Below, piece after piece: positions 36,709-49,814 of a DNA stretch of 64,000 bases (positions within the stretch are counted from its first letter, which is position 1; every line of letters starts with the position of its first letter). A model generated the notes under the pieces. That model saw only the letters and a program-made list of their open reading frames with translations, was not told the DNA's origin and did no database searches. The stretch comes from Octopus bimaculoides. Lineage: Eukaryota. Both the position numbers and the translations under genes were made by a program. Location of the stretch: positions 74,927,234 to 74,991,233 of the forward strand of contig NC_068984.1 in assembly GCF_001194135.2 (NCBI RefSeq). Reading direction: 5' to 3'.

Positions 36709-36720
36709 CAGCAGCAGCAG
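36660..36720. repeat. (TAG)n(CAG)n microsatellite
   Basis: Directly visible. Confidence 0.95.
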
Positions 36721-36741
36721 AATAATTCAACGAATATTTAC

Positions 36742-36823
36742 CGTAATGCTGGTGAGCAGTTTTGTACGTGGAATCAAGAGCCATTGCTTTTAAGTACCAT
36801 TTTTCAGCTTTATCTAGTTGGTT
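36742..36823 (-). CDS. TMTC2: TMTC2 exon (NQLDKAEKWYLKAMALDSTYKTAHQHY; 82 nt, phase 0 to 1)
   Basis: TTCTATTCCAAACAG acceptor, GTAAAT donor; TPR repeat. Confidence 0.9.
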
Positions 36824-38034
36824 CTGTTTGGAATAGAATTGAAAATATATAGAACAGGGTAAAGAAAATGAACAAAGCAACAATAATAATAATAATAATA
36901 GTTTCTGATGTAAAAACAAGGCCAGTAATCTTGAGAGGTGAGGGTTTAGTCGATATCATCAACTCCAGTACTTGACTGGTACTTTATATCATCAGTCCAA
37001 GAGGGAGGAAAGTCAAATTTGACCTCAATAAGATTTGAACCTAGAATGTAAAGAATTGGAGCAAATATGAAGTGGCATTTTTCTGCCTCTCTCATGATTC
37101 TGATAATCCACTAACACAAGGACTGAAATTTAGAAGGAAGTTGGGTTAGTTGATTAAATCAACTTTATTACATGACTAATATTTTATCTGATCGAGCTCG
37201 AATGGACAACAGGCAATGTTTACCTAAGCAAGATTTGGACTCAGAATACAAAGAGCTCTGCCAAAATACCAGATGGTATTTTGTCCAATTCTCTAATGGT
37301 TTAGTCAATCATCATCATTTTGACATCTACTTTTCCATGCTTGCATGGATGAAACAGAGTTTGCTGAAGCAGATCTACATTTGAATAATGCTGTTCCTGT
37401 TGCCAACCTTTACTTGTTCCTCTGCAAAGTAATATTTCTCCATGGCCAGACAGGTTTCCACAGAATATTGGAAGTAAATGACGTTCATTAACTACAATCA
37501 TGCGAGGTCACGATAAGGAGACACAAACACTCACACTCACATATTTATACATACATATACATTACACACACGTGAAGGTGCATGGCTTAGTGGTTAGAGC
37601 ATTGGGCTCACAATTATGAAGCAGTGACTTCAATTCCTGGAATGGGCTATGTTTTATGTTCTTGAGCAAGACACTTTATTTCATCTGGCTCCAGTTCACC
37701 CAGCTGTAGAAATTAGTTACTACATCACAGGTGCCAAGTTGTATTGGCCTTTGCCTTTCCTTACTTGGCCTGGGGCAGCAGTAGAAGAGATTTACTCAAG
37801 GTGCCATGCAGTAGGACAGAATCAAAGACCACACAGTAGGGAAGCAAGTTTTCCAATCACACATCCACAACTACATCTATGCAGCCACCAATAATAATAG
37901 TGATGTTGTTTCTCATATAGGCATATGCATCAATCAAAAAGAGAAGAAAAAAGTCATAAAATAGATTCCCAGCAAAACAATGAAAGACAGAAGGTAATAG
38001 ATTAAAAGAAAAAACAAAACCAGTTTATACTTAC

Positions 38035-38358
38035 TCTTCTGGACAGCAGTTTAGCCATTGTGATGTGAGCTGGTAAATGGTCAGGCTTCACACGCAATGC
38101 TTCCTGGTACCAGAATTCTGCTTTGGCCTCATCATCAGATTTCATGTAAGCTTCACCTAACATATTGTAAATACTTTGCAATCCATAATAACTGGGTGCT
38201 CTTTGAATAGCTTTATTATAGGTCTCAATAGCCAACTGATATTTCTGTTCGTCTGCATACATTCTGCCAAGGTTATAGAGAGCAGAGATCTTGGTACTTT
38301 CATGAAGTCGAGGGTCTCGCAAACCGGTAATATCTACATTTGAACAGTTCAAATAGCT
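38035..38358 (-). CDS. TMTC2: TMTC2 exon (SYLNCS...SALYNLGRMY...LQSIYNMLGEAYM...DHLPAHITMAKLLSRR; 324 nt, phase 0-0)
   Basis: TATTTTTCAG acceptor, GTAAGT donor. Several TPRs match recalled TMTC2 (SCLYNLGKLY, QSLYNMMGEAYM, DHIPAHLTYGKLL). Confidence 0.93.
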
Positions 38359-39164
38359 CTGAAAAATACCATGAATAACAGATTTATGAATAAACGTTAA
38401 CAACAACAATAGCAGCAAAAACAACAATAAAATAAAAGATAGGTGCTCTCTTTACACTGAACAGTCCCATCTCTAATACTATCTGTTAATGAGGCAGCTT
38501 CCTAGAAATAGCAGGCAATTTTCCCTTAAATCAAATCTCACCATCTCAGAAAAAGATACACTGGATGATGTAGTAGGTTCCTTGTACATATGAAAAAAAA
38601 TGGGACAGTCAATGCTGGAACACTTTTGATTCATAGGTCAACTGCAGGGCTAACCTGGGGCTAAATATCATCACTGTCATTACTACAACACCTACCACTA
38701 TCAGCAAAATCATCCTTAATATCACAACCTTCACTTCAATCATTACTACCACCAAAGCTTTCACTGCAATTATTATAACTACAACCACTACTTTTTAATT
38801 ATACACCTATTACAGCTCAGTAATCCTAAACAATATCATAACATCTTCTCTACCAAAATCTTCACATGGATTCCTATTCAGTTATTTTAAATCATGATTA
38901 ATATTTTACACTGAAGTATGGTGGCGAGATGGCAGGATCATTAACACTCTGGACAAAATGTGAGGCATTTTGTCTATCTTTACAATCTGAGTTCAAATTC
39001 CACAGGGGTCTACTTTGCTTTTCACCTTATCAGGTTCAATAAAATAAGTACCAGTTATGTACTGGGGTAGATGTAATCAACTAGTCTCTTCTCCTAAAAC
39101 TTCAGACCTTATGCCAACAACAGAAAGGAATATTTTATACTGAATGCATGAGAATTATTTTTAT

Positions 39165-39356
39165 TTGATAAATTATTTATCAAACTGTTATTAAATTTTG
39201 TCAGTTGTATCTAAGTCAAATATTCCTTTTTGTATAACTCCCACTATTATTGGGAGATGTATGACTTGAAAGTTAAGATGTTGTTCCCTCAGTCATAAGG
39301 CTGTGGGTTCTATTCCTGTTCCAGGCTGCGTGCTGTGTCCTTAAGCATTTCAGATA

Positions 39357-39431
<75 letters not shown>

Positions 39432-39610
39432 GGGATACAGACAGGCAGACAGAGACAGACAGACACCTTAATAACATTAATATATAGGGAACAACACCTT
39501 AACCTTTAAGCCATACATCTCACAATAATAGTGGGAGTTAAACAGAAAGGAATATTTGACTTAAATACAACTGACAAGATTTAATAACAATTTAATAAAT
39601 AATTTATCAA
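39165..39610. repeat. Long inverted repeat with 125-bp arms (39165-39289 and 39486-39610)
   Basis: By-eye alignment gives about 11 mismatches in 125, mostly transitions; the spacer holds a SINE-head fragment and (GT)n(AT)n(AG)n. Confidence 0.9.
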
Positions 39611-40189
39611 GTATATATAAATATATGTATGTATGTGTCAGTAATTTTTGGGCGACCAATAGGTATATGTCAATTAGTGTGTTGAGTAAAGCACATTCAC
39701 AATTTGGACTACCATGGTTAGGGGACTAGTGAATGGTACAGCAGGCAAACAACATGACTGTGAGAACTCAGTATATTCAATGGGACACCATTTTATGCAT
39801 GCATGTACCTTATGTGACCCAGACTGCACTGCACTGATTGATGCAATACAATTGGATGCGCAACATCCCACCCATAAAGGACAGTCACAGGAGGGGGTCA
39901 ACATGATCATCATACTCAATAAAGACTAATGCTAAATCCATCTTCTGCTCACCATTCTGCTTAAATAATGGAACTGCAGATACAATATTCATACATATCT
40001 CACGTCTGTTTTCATTCCTCCACTTCACTCTGTATTTCATATCTTCTTTATAATAACTATTACTTAAACATTTTCTCACACCATCTCTGATGAAAGGATA
40101 TATAAAATATCACGGAAACAGCCTGTAAGACCTCTTTATAAATGTTCTGAAAACTTTCACAACCTTGGATTTTTTATCCCATTCTGTTA

Positions 40190-40231
<42 letters not shown>

Positions 40232-40239
40232 CACCCACT

Positions 40240-40400
40240 ACATTCTCGGAGTGGTTGGTGTTAGGAAGGGCATCCAGCTGTAGAAACTCTGCCAAATCAG
40301 ATTGGAGCCTGGTGTAGCCATCTGGTTCACCAGTCCTCAGTCAAATCGTCCAACCCATGCTAGCATGGAAAGCGGACGTTAAACAATGATGATGATATGA
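40240..40400 (+). mobile_element. RTE 3'-end fragment ending in (GAT)n
   Basis: Same sequence as the 3' UTR of the RTE at 48655-49269. Related copies near 30390-30785, 33600-33870, 46808-46945, 51920-52080, 59560-59700 and 63800-64000. Confidence 0.85.
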
Positions 40401-41039
40401 CATATGACCAATGGGTTTCTTTCAGTTTCCATCTACCAAATCCACTCACAAGGCTTTGGTCAGCATAAGACTATAGTAGAAGACACTTGCCCAAGGTGCC
40501 ACGCAGTGGGATTGAACCAGGAAGCAAACTTCTTGCTACACTTGTTTAGCTCGTTTTTATTATCCATTTGGTGGAGAGACACCCTCATTATAATTGTTTT
40601 GTTTTGTTTTTAAACTCCACTAGATATTTTAAGCACAATTAGTCATTTAGATAATGATTATTCTTACTAGAAACAATGTAACTTTCATTAATTCAGTACA
40701 GTAAAATTGCTAGCACTCACCTATTTTACTATCTAACTTCCATGTTGTTACATGTTTCTTCCATAGTCCTTTATGTGTTCACCTAAGAAAATCTTACAAT
40801 CATCTACTCACACCAGGATTTTGGTACTCACAGATCAGGTCTAGTACAACCAAAAGATGTCCAAAGTTGTCATTGGATTGCTAATAATTAAACTCCATCT
40901 CCTCTGCATTTTATATTTGATATGTTTTGATTCATATATTTTAATTAATTATAATTTCACGCTTCTGCCCCCACACATTTCTTCTACCAAAATGAGTCAG
41001 AATTTCTCTCATTGCTGTGGGTACCTTGCTACTAAATCA

Positions 41040-41300
41040 AGTACTAACGCTTGCTTCATAGAAAAAAACATACAAACAGACGATTATCTACGTTGCCAAT
41101 GAGAATAGTCTGCGTCTCAAATTATATCTATCTTTTCTACAGGATAAAAATTTTTTTAAATGAAAAGTTTAATAAAATTCACGAATTACAAATTCCAGCC
41201 TTGAAATGTCCGCCATTTCACCCCAGCTTAGTCGACACCAATTACTACGGGAAATAACTCTGAATGTAGCTAACGTAAGAGTTATTTCCCTTAGACCATA
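41040..41300 (-). promoter_or_regulatory. Putative promoter or first exon inside a TMTC2 intron (CpG-retaining, AAATGGCGG motif, CCAAT)
   Basis: Local CpG retention; minus-strand GGGGTGAAATGGCGGAC (YY1-like or strong start context, ATG at 41216); TTGCCAATG at 41094-41102; 13-bp inverted repeat at 41249-41290. Confidence 0.3.
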
Positions 41301-44300
41301 AACTATTTTCCTTAGCCTGTAATAAAATTTCCTCTGATCTTATAATGCAAGTATATAGATGGCAAGATATCTAAGTAATTTGTCTATGGATTAAATAATT
41401 AACATTTTATTGAAATTCGTAACTCCGAAGGTAGAAGACAGAAAGTTATAGGGTGCATATATTCGAAAAAGACAGGATTATATACACAAACTGAACAAAG
41501 GATTATCAATTAGTGTATATGGCAGAAAATACTTTCAAATGGTAATATATAGGATTAAAGTCATTATTTTCATTTCTATTTGATAGGTATTCGTTCTGTT
41601 TAGTTAACGGGATTACTTCAGGTATTCCATTGATTATTTGGGCTTGGAGTTGGAGAAGTAATTGCCGTTAATTAAATTTTAAAAACTGCGAAGATTGGAT
41701 GAGAAATTTAAAAATCTCTTTTCTCCAAAATAATGCTTAATACAATTTATGTAACTATATTTTAAAATTAAGCTCATTTGAACTGAATAAATAACGTTTA
41801 TTAAAACATCCTTTGAACGAAATAAAACATTTACTAAAGCTTATTTTGAACAAAATTAATAAAAGACATTTATTATTAAAATTATAAACTGTATTTATAA
41901 GCGATTTTTGTTACGTTGAGCTTTCTTATCTAATAATTGAGTTAATATTATTTACAAGAAAGCTCGATTAAAGACAAATTTCTAAATTTCTTGGATGACC
42001 CTAACAAGTTTTGAAAAATAGTCTAATCGCAATTACCTCCCTTCTAACGCTTTTCACGATCTTCATATTAAGACAAATATCAAAAGAGTATATTAATGGT
42101 ATTAGTCTTAAATCCCAGATAATGAAAAATAGATTATCTTAAGATAGGCCAAAGGCCACAGAGTTAAGAACGACTCGGTTGATTAAATTTATTCCAGTAT
42201 ATGATTGGTACTTAAATTTAGCATCCTCGGGTAACCACGATGAGACTTTCTAATACGTCAGATTTCAAGGCCAAAACATTCTGACAAGTCAGTAGTCGAT
42301 TATACCTACTCCAGTACTTAACTGGTATTTTATTTTACCGAACCAGGACGGATGAAAGGAAAAGCTGACATCAACAGCATTTTAACTTCGAACGTAAATA
42401 TCTGAAACTGGATGCCATGCGGTATTTTGTCGGATGAGCTATCAATTTTACAAATCCATCGCTCACATTTATTCATTTATTTTTTTCCCCCTCAAATTTT
42501 CAACATAAAGACATTACGAAAAAGTATGGTTATTTAAAATGTCTCCGATAAAAGACTGCAAATCTTTCACTGACACTCGGAAGGTTCAAAAGTCAAAGCA
42601 GATTTAGAACTCAAAGAACGAAAAGGGACATAACTAAATATCACACTATATCAACAGGCTCATCGTAAATGCTGTTGAAATATTAAGTGAAGGTCGCCTT
42701 GAGTGATGTGATATGTTTTTGTCATGATTCAATCTAAAGTGTTGAAGGGGATTTTAACAGTTGAAGCAAATGTCACGGATGTGACAGATGTATCAAATTA
42801 TTCTGCTTGAAAGGGGATCATGTGACTAAAAGGTCACAGAGAGCACAATGCCATTACATGTCCAGCAGAATTATGTGTATTGATATTGGGAGTTATTTCC
42901 CAGATTTATTGTATTTATTGAAACCCATTTATTCATCCAAGTGAGAACAATTGATTTCTTGATTTCAAAGAGGAAATCTCATTTCTATCGTTTATTTTTT
43001 ACGTTTTTTCAGTCATTGAACTGTGGCCATGGTGGGATTCCACCTTGAAGGGTTTAGACAAACAAATCATTGACCCCAGTACATTTTTTTTTTTAAAGCC
43101 TGGTTCCTATTTTGTTGGTCTCCTTTTTTCCAAACTCCTAAATTACAAGGATAGATGTGAACCAGTAACGGTTGTCAAGCAGGGGTGGGGGACAAGCACA
43201 CACACATAGGTATATGCATGTGTGTGCGTGCGTGCATGCATGCACGACTTTCTTCCATTTCTGTCAACCAAATCTACTTCATAAGCCTTTAGTCAGCATG
43301 AGGCTATAGTAGAAAGTGCCACACTGCAAAACTGAACTCAGAACCATGTGGTTGGGAAGCAAACTTTTTAACATGCAGCCACCCTTGCATTTTTTGTATA
43401 GATTTCTTTATCTACTGTATGATATATAGGGGTTCCTTCAGTTTCAGTCAACCAAATCCACTCATTAGGCTTTGATCAGCCCAGAGCTATAGAAGAAGTC
43501 ACTTGCCCAAGCTGCCACACAGTAAAACTGAACTTGGAACCATGTAATTGGGAGACATGCAGCCACCCTTGTGCTTTTAGTATTGACTTCTTTAAATATT
43601 TTCTGCAGAAAATAACATTAGCTGGCCTCTAAGACTTTGAGAGAAATACAACTACAAATAAGTGTCATGTTTTATAGTCAATAATGTGCTAGATCTGAAT
43701 TCAATGGCCAAGTCTTCAATAAATTAGCAACACAAATACTGACAATAAATATTCAGCAAACTGCAGATAAGAAAAACATAAGGATATCAAATATTACAAA
43801 TGTTAAAATTCGTTTTACTTGTTCCAATCACATGCTTATTAATGAGGGCACAGAAAAACGGAAAATAATGGTGGAAAGAATATACAACCGAAGTGAATTC
43901 AACAAAGCAACATCAGTGTAAATACTGATTTCTAACGTAGATACAAAAACAAATTTACAAGAGAGGAGTATAATTGATTACAGCTCTTGAGTGGTACTTA
44001 ACAGGAAAGCATCTAAGTTACACACATACATGCATGTGCGTGCGCGCGCGCGCACACACACACACATGCATACACACATTTTTGAGCAAATGCATACATT
44101 GTTTAGAGAGTTAGATTGGCTCTGTGTAAAGCCTTTCCCCAGTTTAAGAAGCTTTATGTACAAGCACTTCATTTTTAACATCCTTATTATACGTTTCATA
44201 CTGTGGCTGGCTGCAGTGAAAAAAAGCAACACAGTCAATGAAAAATTCCATGACATAATAAAGCCATGTGTCATCAGGGGTGATAAACCATTTTCAAACC

Positions 44301-45223
44301 AGCTGCAAGAGGTATCCATTGTCCTTGCAGGAGTGAAAAGCCACATCTACTCTGCTTTAAGAGAACCACCAGGTGATGGCACTGCTTGAAATCAAGGTGC
44401 AGCCAGGAAGGACATTAAGCCATAGAAATCATGCCAAAGAAGACATTGGAATTTTATACAGTTTTCTGGCTCCTGTTGAACTATCCAATTTAGGCCAGCA
44501 TCAAAAATAGACATTAAATGATGATGATTTATATAAACACTATCTTTTTAGATCTGCTACTAACTACTGAGCCTTCACAAAGGAAAAGAGAGATAGACAG
44601 ACAGACAGAAAAATGGAAAATGCCCTACCTATTTGAAGACAATGGAAATATTTACGAAACATTTCATATAATTTTTTTCTTCAATTTTAAGCTAGCTCCT
44701 GTGGAGGGCTCTGCATTGGACCGTGAGCCCAACAATGGCACTTCATGCATTGAGTACATATTAAATTTTATTAAACTTGAACAATATTTTTCAAGCATTG
44801 AACAATTTTCATCAAAACAATGATATAATTTGTCGACTTGGAACTTATTGCAAAGCTGCATGATAAACAACATTTTTTTGTCTTCCCATTCAGGGGTCAG
44901 TACAAATAGCTTGTTTCCCTTAAACAACCAACATATAGCAGGCCATAGGCAACAATAAACTCACCTTTTAAAAGTGCAACAATAATTCTTCTGCCACCAC
45001 TTAATTTAAAGACAATTTGATGTATGTAGGGCCTTACTTTCCAAACAAAAAATTATTTGTAGTAGCTGGTATATATCAAACCCCCTGCTTGTAGTTTCAA
45101 AGAAAATTACACCACTGTCGCTAAACACTATTTTAAAGTGCAATTTTTATGGTTTGGAATTACTCTAAACATATTTGACCATAAAGATTTCAAAATTTAG
45201 TATTTTTTAAGGTAATAATAAAA

Positions 45224-45676
45224 TTAGTCAAATCTATTTTCATGCAGTCGGAGTAGACTAAGTTTCCATAGCTCCGACGGTATAAAAATAGGTCCAACAA
45301 ATTTTATTAATATCTGAAAAAAATACTAAGTTTTCAACATTTTTATGGTAGAGAGTTATGAGAGATAATGTATGAGAGAGTGAGTTCAATATGAATTTCA
45401 GTTCCGAACATTAGGAAGCATGTGTTATGGTTAAATTATTTGATACAGTTATAATATTTAGAGAAAGATTTTTTTCAAAATGTTTATCTTCGAAATTACT
45501 TTTGTAAAAAGTTATAATATTTAGATAAATACTTTTTCAAAGTGTTAGGATTAAGAAAAAACCAAGAATGATGGATAGTAGTAGAGTCATTGAATAGTGA
45601 GAGGTCAGAGGAGTAAAGTTGGAAAAGTGTGACACACTGACACACTGGCATTTGCTTTTGCATTTATTATTATAGA
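45224..45676 (-). mobile_element. Non-autonomous Helitron-like element
   Basis: On the minus strand it starts A|TCTATAATAATAAATGC and ends CTAA|T (insertion between A and T), with a GTCGGAG...CTCCGAC hairpin at 45247-45278 near the 3' end. Confidence 0.5.
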
Positions 45677-46942
45677 TATATGGGTGTGAAGGCAGATGGC
45701 TTAGTGGTAGTCAGCTCATGATCATAAGGTTGTGAGTTCAATTCCCAGCAGCATGTTGAGTCCTTGAGCAAGACACTTTAAGACATGGTACTCCAGTTCA
45801 CTCAGCTGGCAAAAATAAGTAGTACCTGCAATTCAAAGGGGACGGCTTTATCACATTCCGTGTCATGCTGAATCTACCTGAGAACTATTAAAGGTAAGCA
45901 TGTCCGTGGAGTGCACAGCCACTTGCATGTTAACTTCATGAGCAGGCTGTTCCATTGATCAGATCAAATAGAACCCTTGTCATTGTAACTGACAGAGTGC
46001 CATTTATGTATGTATGTATGTATGTATGTACGTACGTACACATACATACGCCTGCATGCATGCATGGGTGAACAAAGTTACAATAAAGTAGCACACAACA
46101 TGTTTAGTTGCAGTTTTAAATATTTAATAACAGGATGACTTGACTCAAACTCCACTTTACATGGCAAAATCACATTTAAAACCATGCTAATCACTAGCAT
46201 TAAATGTGTATGCAATAGGTTTATAATTTAACAATAAGTGAATAAACAAATTTGCAATTGATGTAGTACTTTCCAAAAGTCAAAAATATCAGTAAAATGA
46301 AATTAAATTGTAAGAAAATAGAAGAGAANNNNNNNNNNNNNNNNNNNNNNNNNNNNNNNNNNNNNNNNNNNNNNNNNNNNNNNNNNNNNNNNNNNNNNNN
46401 NNNNNNNNNNNNNNNNNNNNNNNNNNNNNNNNNNNNNNNNNNNNNNNNNNNNNNNNNNNNNNNNNNNNNNNNNNNNNNNNNNNNNNNNNNNNNNNNNNNN
46501 NNNNNNNNNNNNNNNNNNNNNNNNNNNNNNNNNNNNNNNNNNNNNNNNNNNNNNNNNNNNNNNNNNNNNNNNNNNNNNNNNNNNNNNNNNNNNNNNNNNN
46601 NNNNNNNNNNNNNNNNNNNNNNNNNNNNNNNNNNNNNNNNNNNNNNNNNNNNNNNNNNNNNNNNNNNNNNNNNNNNNNNNNNNNNNNNNNNNNNNNNNNN
46701 NNNNNNNNNNNNNNNNNNNNNNNNNNNNNNNNNNNNNNNNNNNNNNNNNNNNNNNNNNNNNNNNNNNNNNNNNNNNNNNNNNNNNNNNNNNNNNNNNNNN
46801 NNNNNNNATCGTTTAACGTCTGCTTTCCATGCTAGCATGGGTTGGACAATTTGACTGAGGACTGGTGAAACCGGATGGCAACACCAGGTTCCAATCTGAT
46901 TTGGCAGAGTTTCTACAGCTGGATGCCCTTCCTAACACCAAC

Positions 46943-46982
<40 letters not shown>

Positions 46983-47263
46983 GTGTCTGTGTTTGTTTCC
47001 CCACCATCGCTTGACAACCAATGTTGATGTGTTTACGTTCCTGTAACTTAGCGGTTCAGCAAAAGAGGCTGATAGAATAAGTACTAGGCTTACAAAGAAT
47101 AAGTTCTGGGGTAAATATGTTTGACTAAAGAATAAAAGTAAACAAACAATAAAATAGACACAAAAACAACATAGAAAGGAATGCAGCCGAAAGATACAAG
47201 ATATTTTGTTAGGCTTTCTATGGATTCTGAACATTCCATAGTACATATATACTTGTATTATTA

Positions 47264-47294
<31 letters not shown>

Positions 47295-48654
47295 CTTTTT
47301 ACTTGTTTCAATCATTGGACTGCAGCCATTCTTGAACACCACCACCTTGAAATGTTTAATCAAAAAGATCAACCCCAGGACTTTTTTTTTTTAATCTTAT
47401 TCTATTCTATCTTTTTTTTTTTTTTGCTAAAATGCCAAGTTATGGGGATGTAAACAAACCAACACCAGTTGTCAAATAGTGGCGGGAGACTAACACAACA
47501 CAAACTACACACGCACATATATATATATCAACAAAAGATGGGAGGCAGCGTGAAGAGCAACATAACAAGGAAAAGTTTATATATTTCAAAGTCAAATTAT
47601 TATTATTATTATTATCATTATTATTATTATCGTTATTATTATTATCATAGGCGACAAGCTGGCAGAATCATTAGCAGGCCAGGTAAAATGCTTAGCAGCA
47701 TTTTGTCCTTCTTTACATTCTGAGTTTAAACCCCACCATCGTCGACTTTGCCTTTCATCCTTATGGGGTCGATAAATTAAGTACCAGTGAAACACTGGGG
47801 TCATTCTAATCGACTAGTCCCCTCGCATAAATTTCAGGCCTTGTGCCTATAGTAGAAAGGATTATTATTATTAGTAGTAGTAGTAATAATAATATTAGTA
47901 GCAACAGCAGCAGCAGCGGTGATAGCAGCAGTAGTCATTTTGTCATTGCATTACCCATCAAGACTACCAATATCACATTCATAAACTTCCTAATTAAGAG
48001 ACTAACAAAAAAAAAAAAAAGAAACCATGATGGATTTAGCGACATAGTTACTAAACACACACACACACACAGTGATTAACATACACACAAACTAATTCCT
48101 ATTCTTCCATTTGGTGTTTGAATATACTAATTAAATAAATTGTTGTTATGAGACAAAAAAAAAGCTACATTATCTCCAAACTTGTCTTCTGTGTAAGTTG
48201 GGAATGGCATTCATTGTTTGAAGAATCCAATCTGTTGATTCGCACATAACCACCTGCCAATATCGTATGAGTGTGTGCGTGTCTGTACATATATGTATAT
48301 GTTTTCATGTGTAAGTAGAGCAACTAATCAATAGCATCCAGCTGTGTCCTAAATGTGATCAATATTTATTGACTCTGCTCAACTGATTATTATTATTATT
48401 ATTATGTCAGGCTTTTAATGTCTATCCAGTCAATATGTCATAGACTGAGCCAATTAGAGAGCCTTTACATTATATTACAAGCAAATAGCAACAAAATGTT
48501 CCTGAAGTTATAGCATGTGAACTTGAAAGAAAGAAGCGCACATTAGATAATGTCAAATATCCCAAGTCAGACAGGATGATTGTGGCTGGAATGCCTTTGA
48601 TTATAAGTCTTCTCAATCAGAATTGACAGTGTGGAGTTAACCAACAACAACATC

Positions 48655-49269
48655 ATCATCATCATCGTTTAACGTCCGCTTTCCATGCTAGCATGGGTTG
48701 GACGATTTGACTGAGGACTGGTGAAACCGGATGGCAACACCAGGCTCCAGTCCGATTTGGCAGAGTTTCTACAGCTGGATGCCCTTCCTAACGCCAACCA
48801 CTCAGAGAGTGTAGTGGGTGCTTTTACGTGTCACCCGCACGAAAACGGCCACGCTNNNNNNNNNNNNNNNNNNNNNNNNNNNNNNNNNNNNNNNNNNNNN
48901 NNNNNNNNNNNNNNNNNNNNNNNNNNNNNNNNNNNNNNNNNNNNNNNNNNNNNNNNNNNNNNNNNNNNCCATTCTCACCACATGTCCATACCAGCGCAAT
49001 CGTCTCTCTTGCACGCCACAACTGATGCTTCTAATGTTCAGCTTTTCTCTCAAGATACTTACACTCTGACGGGTATTCACATTGACATTACACATCCAAC
49101 GGAGCATACTGGCTTCATTCCTTGCGAGCTTACGTATGTCCTCAGCAGTTACAGCCCATGTTTCACTGCCATGTAGCATGGTTGTTCGTACGCATGCGTC
49201 ATACAGTCTGCCTTTTACTCTGAGTGAGAGTCCCTTTGTCGCCAGCAGGGGTAAGAGCTCTCTAAACAT
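48655..49269 (-). mobile_element. 5'-truncated RTE-clade LINE (RT C-terminus, 3' UTR and (GAT)n tail)
   Basis: LSLRVKGRLYDACVRTTMLHGSETW...RLRWYGHVVRM is a typical RTE C-terminus. Confidence 0.9.
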
Positions 49270-49814
49270 GTTATGGATTATAATCTATTTTGTCCTTACT
49301 GTACGATAACTATCTGATCTATTCAGCTGTGCTGTACAGATTCTGGTCTATCTTGACCAAATCTACTGAATAATATTTATCAAGCTATACAGCATTGATG
49401 AACATTGATACTCAACCAATTTTTGCTTATGAACCCTCTTGATTCTTGTATTACATGAGTGGACCTTCATAATCATTCAATGTTTAAAAATATCCAATTA
49501 TATTTTTATAATTGGCACTCTGTCGGTTACGGTGGCAAGTGTTCCCATTGATGAGATCAATGGAACAGCCTATTCCTGAAATTAATGTGCAAGTGGCTGA
49601 GCACTCCTAGACACGTGTACCCTTAATGTAGTTCCCAGGGGAGATTCAGCACGATACAGAATGTGACAAGGCTGGTCCTTTTGAAATACTGATACATCTC
49701 ATTTTTGCTAGCTGATTTTTATGATATTTTTAGGAATTCTATACAAAAACTTGTTAGGGATCATATTAAAAAAGCTGTTAAAATACTTTATGTATTGTAG
49801 AAATATAATCAGTT

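Noticed and set aside
39674-39919. Cys-rich minus-strand ORF as an independent gene
   Set aside because: No clear splice or start support and no recognisable family; it overlaps the speculative nested-gene exon in another frame.
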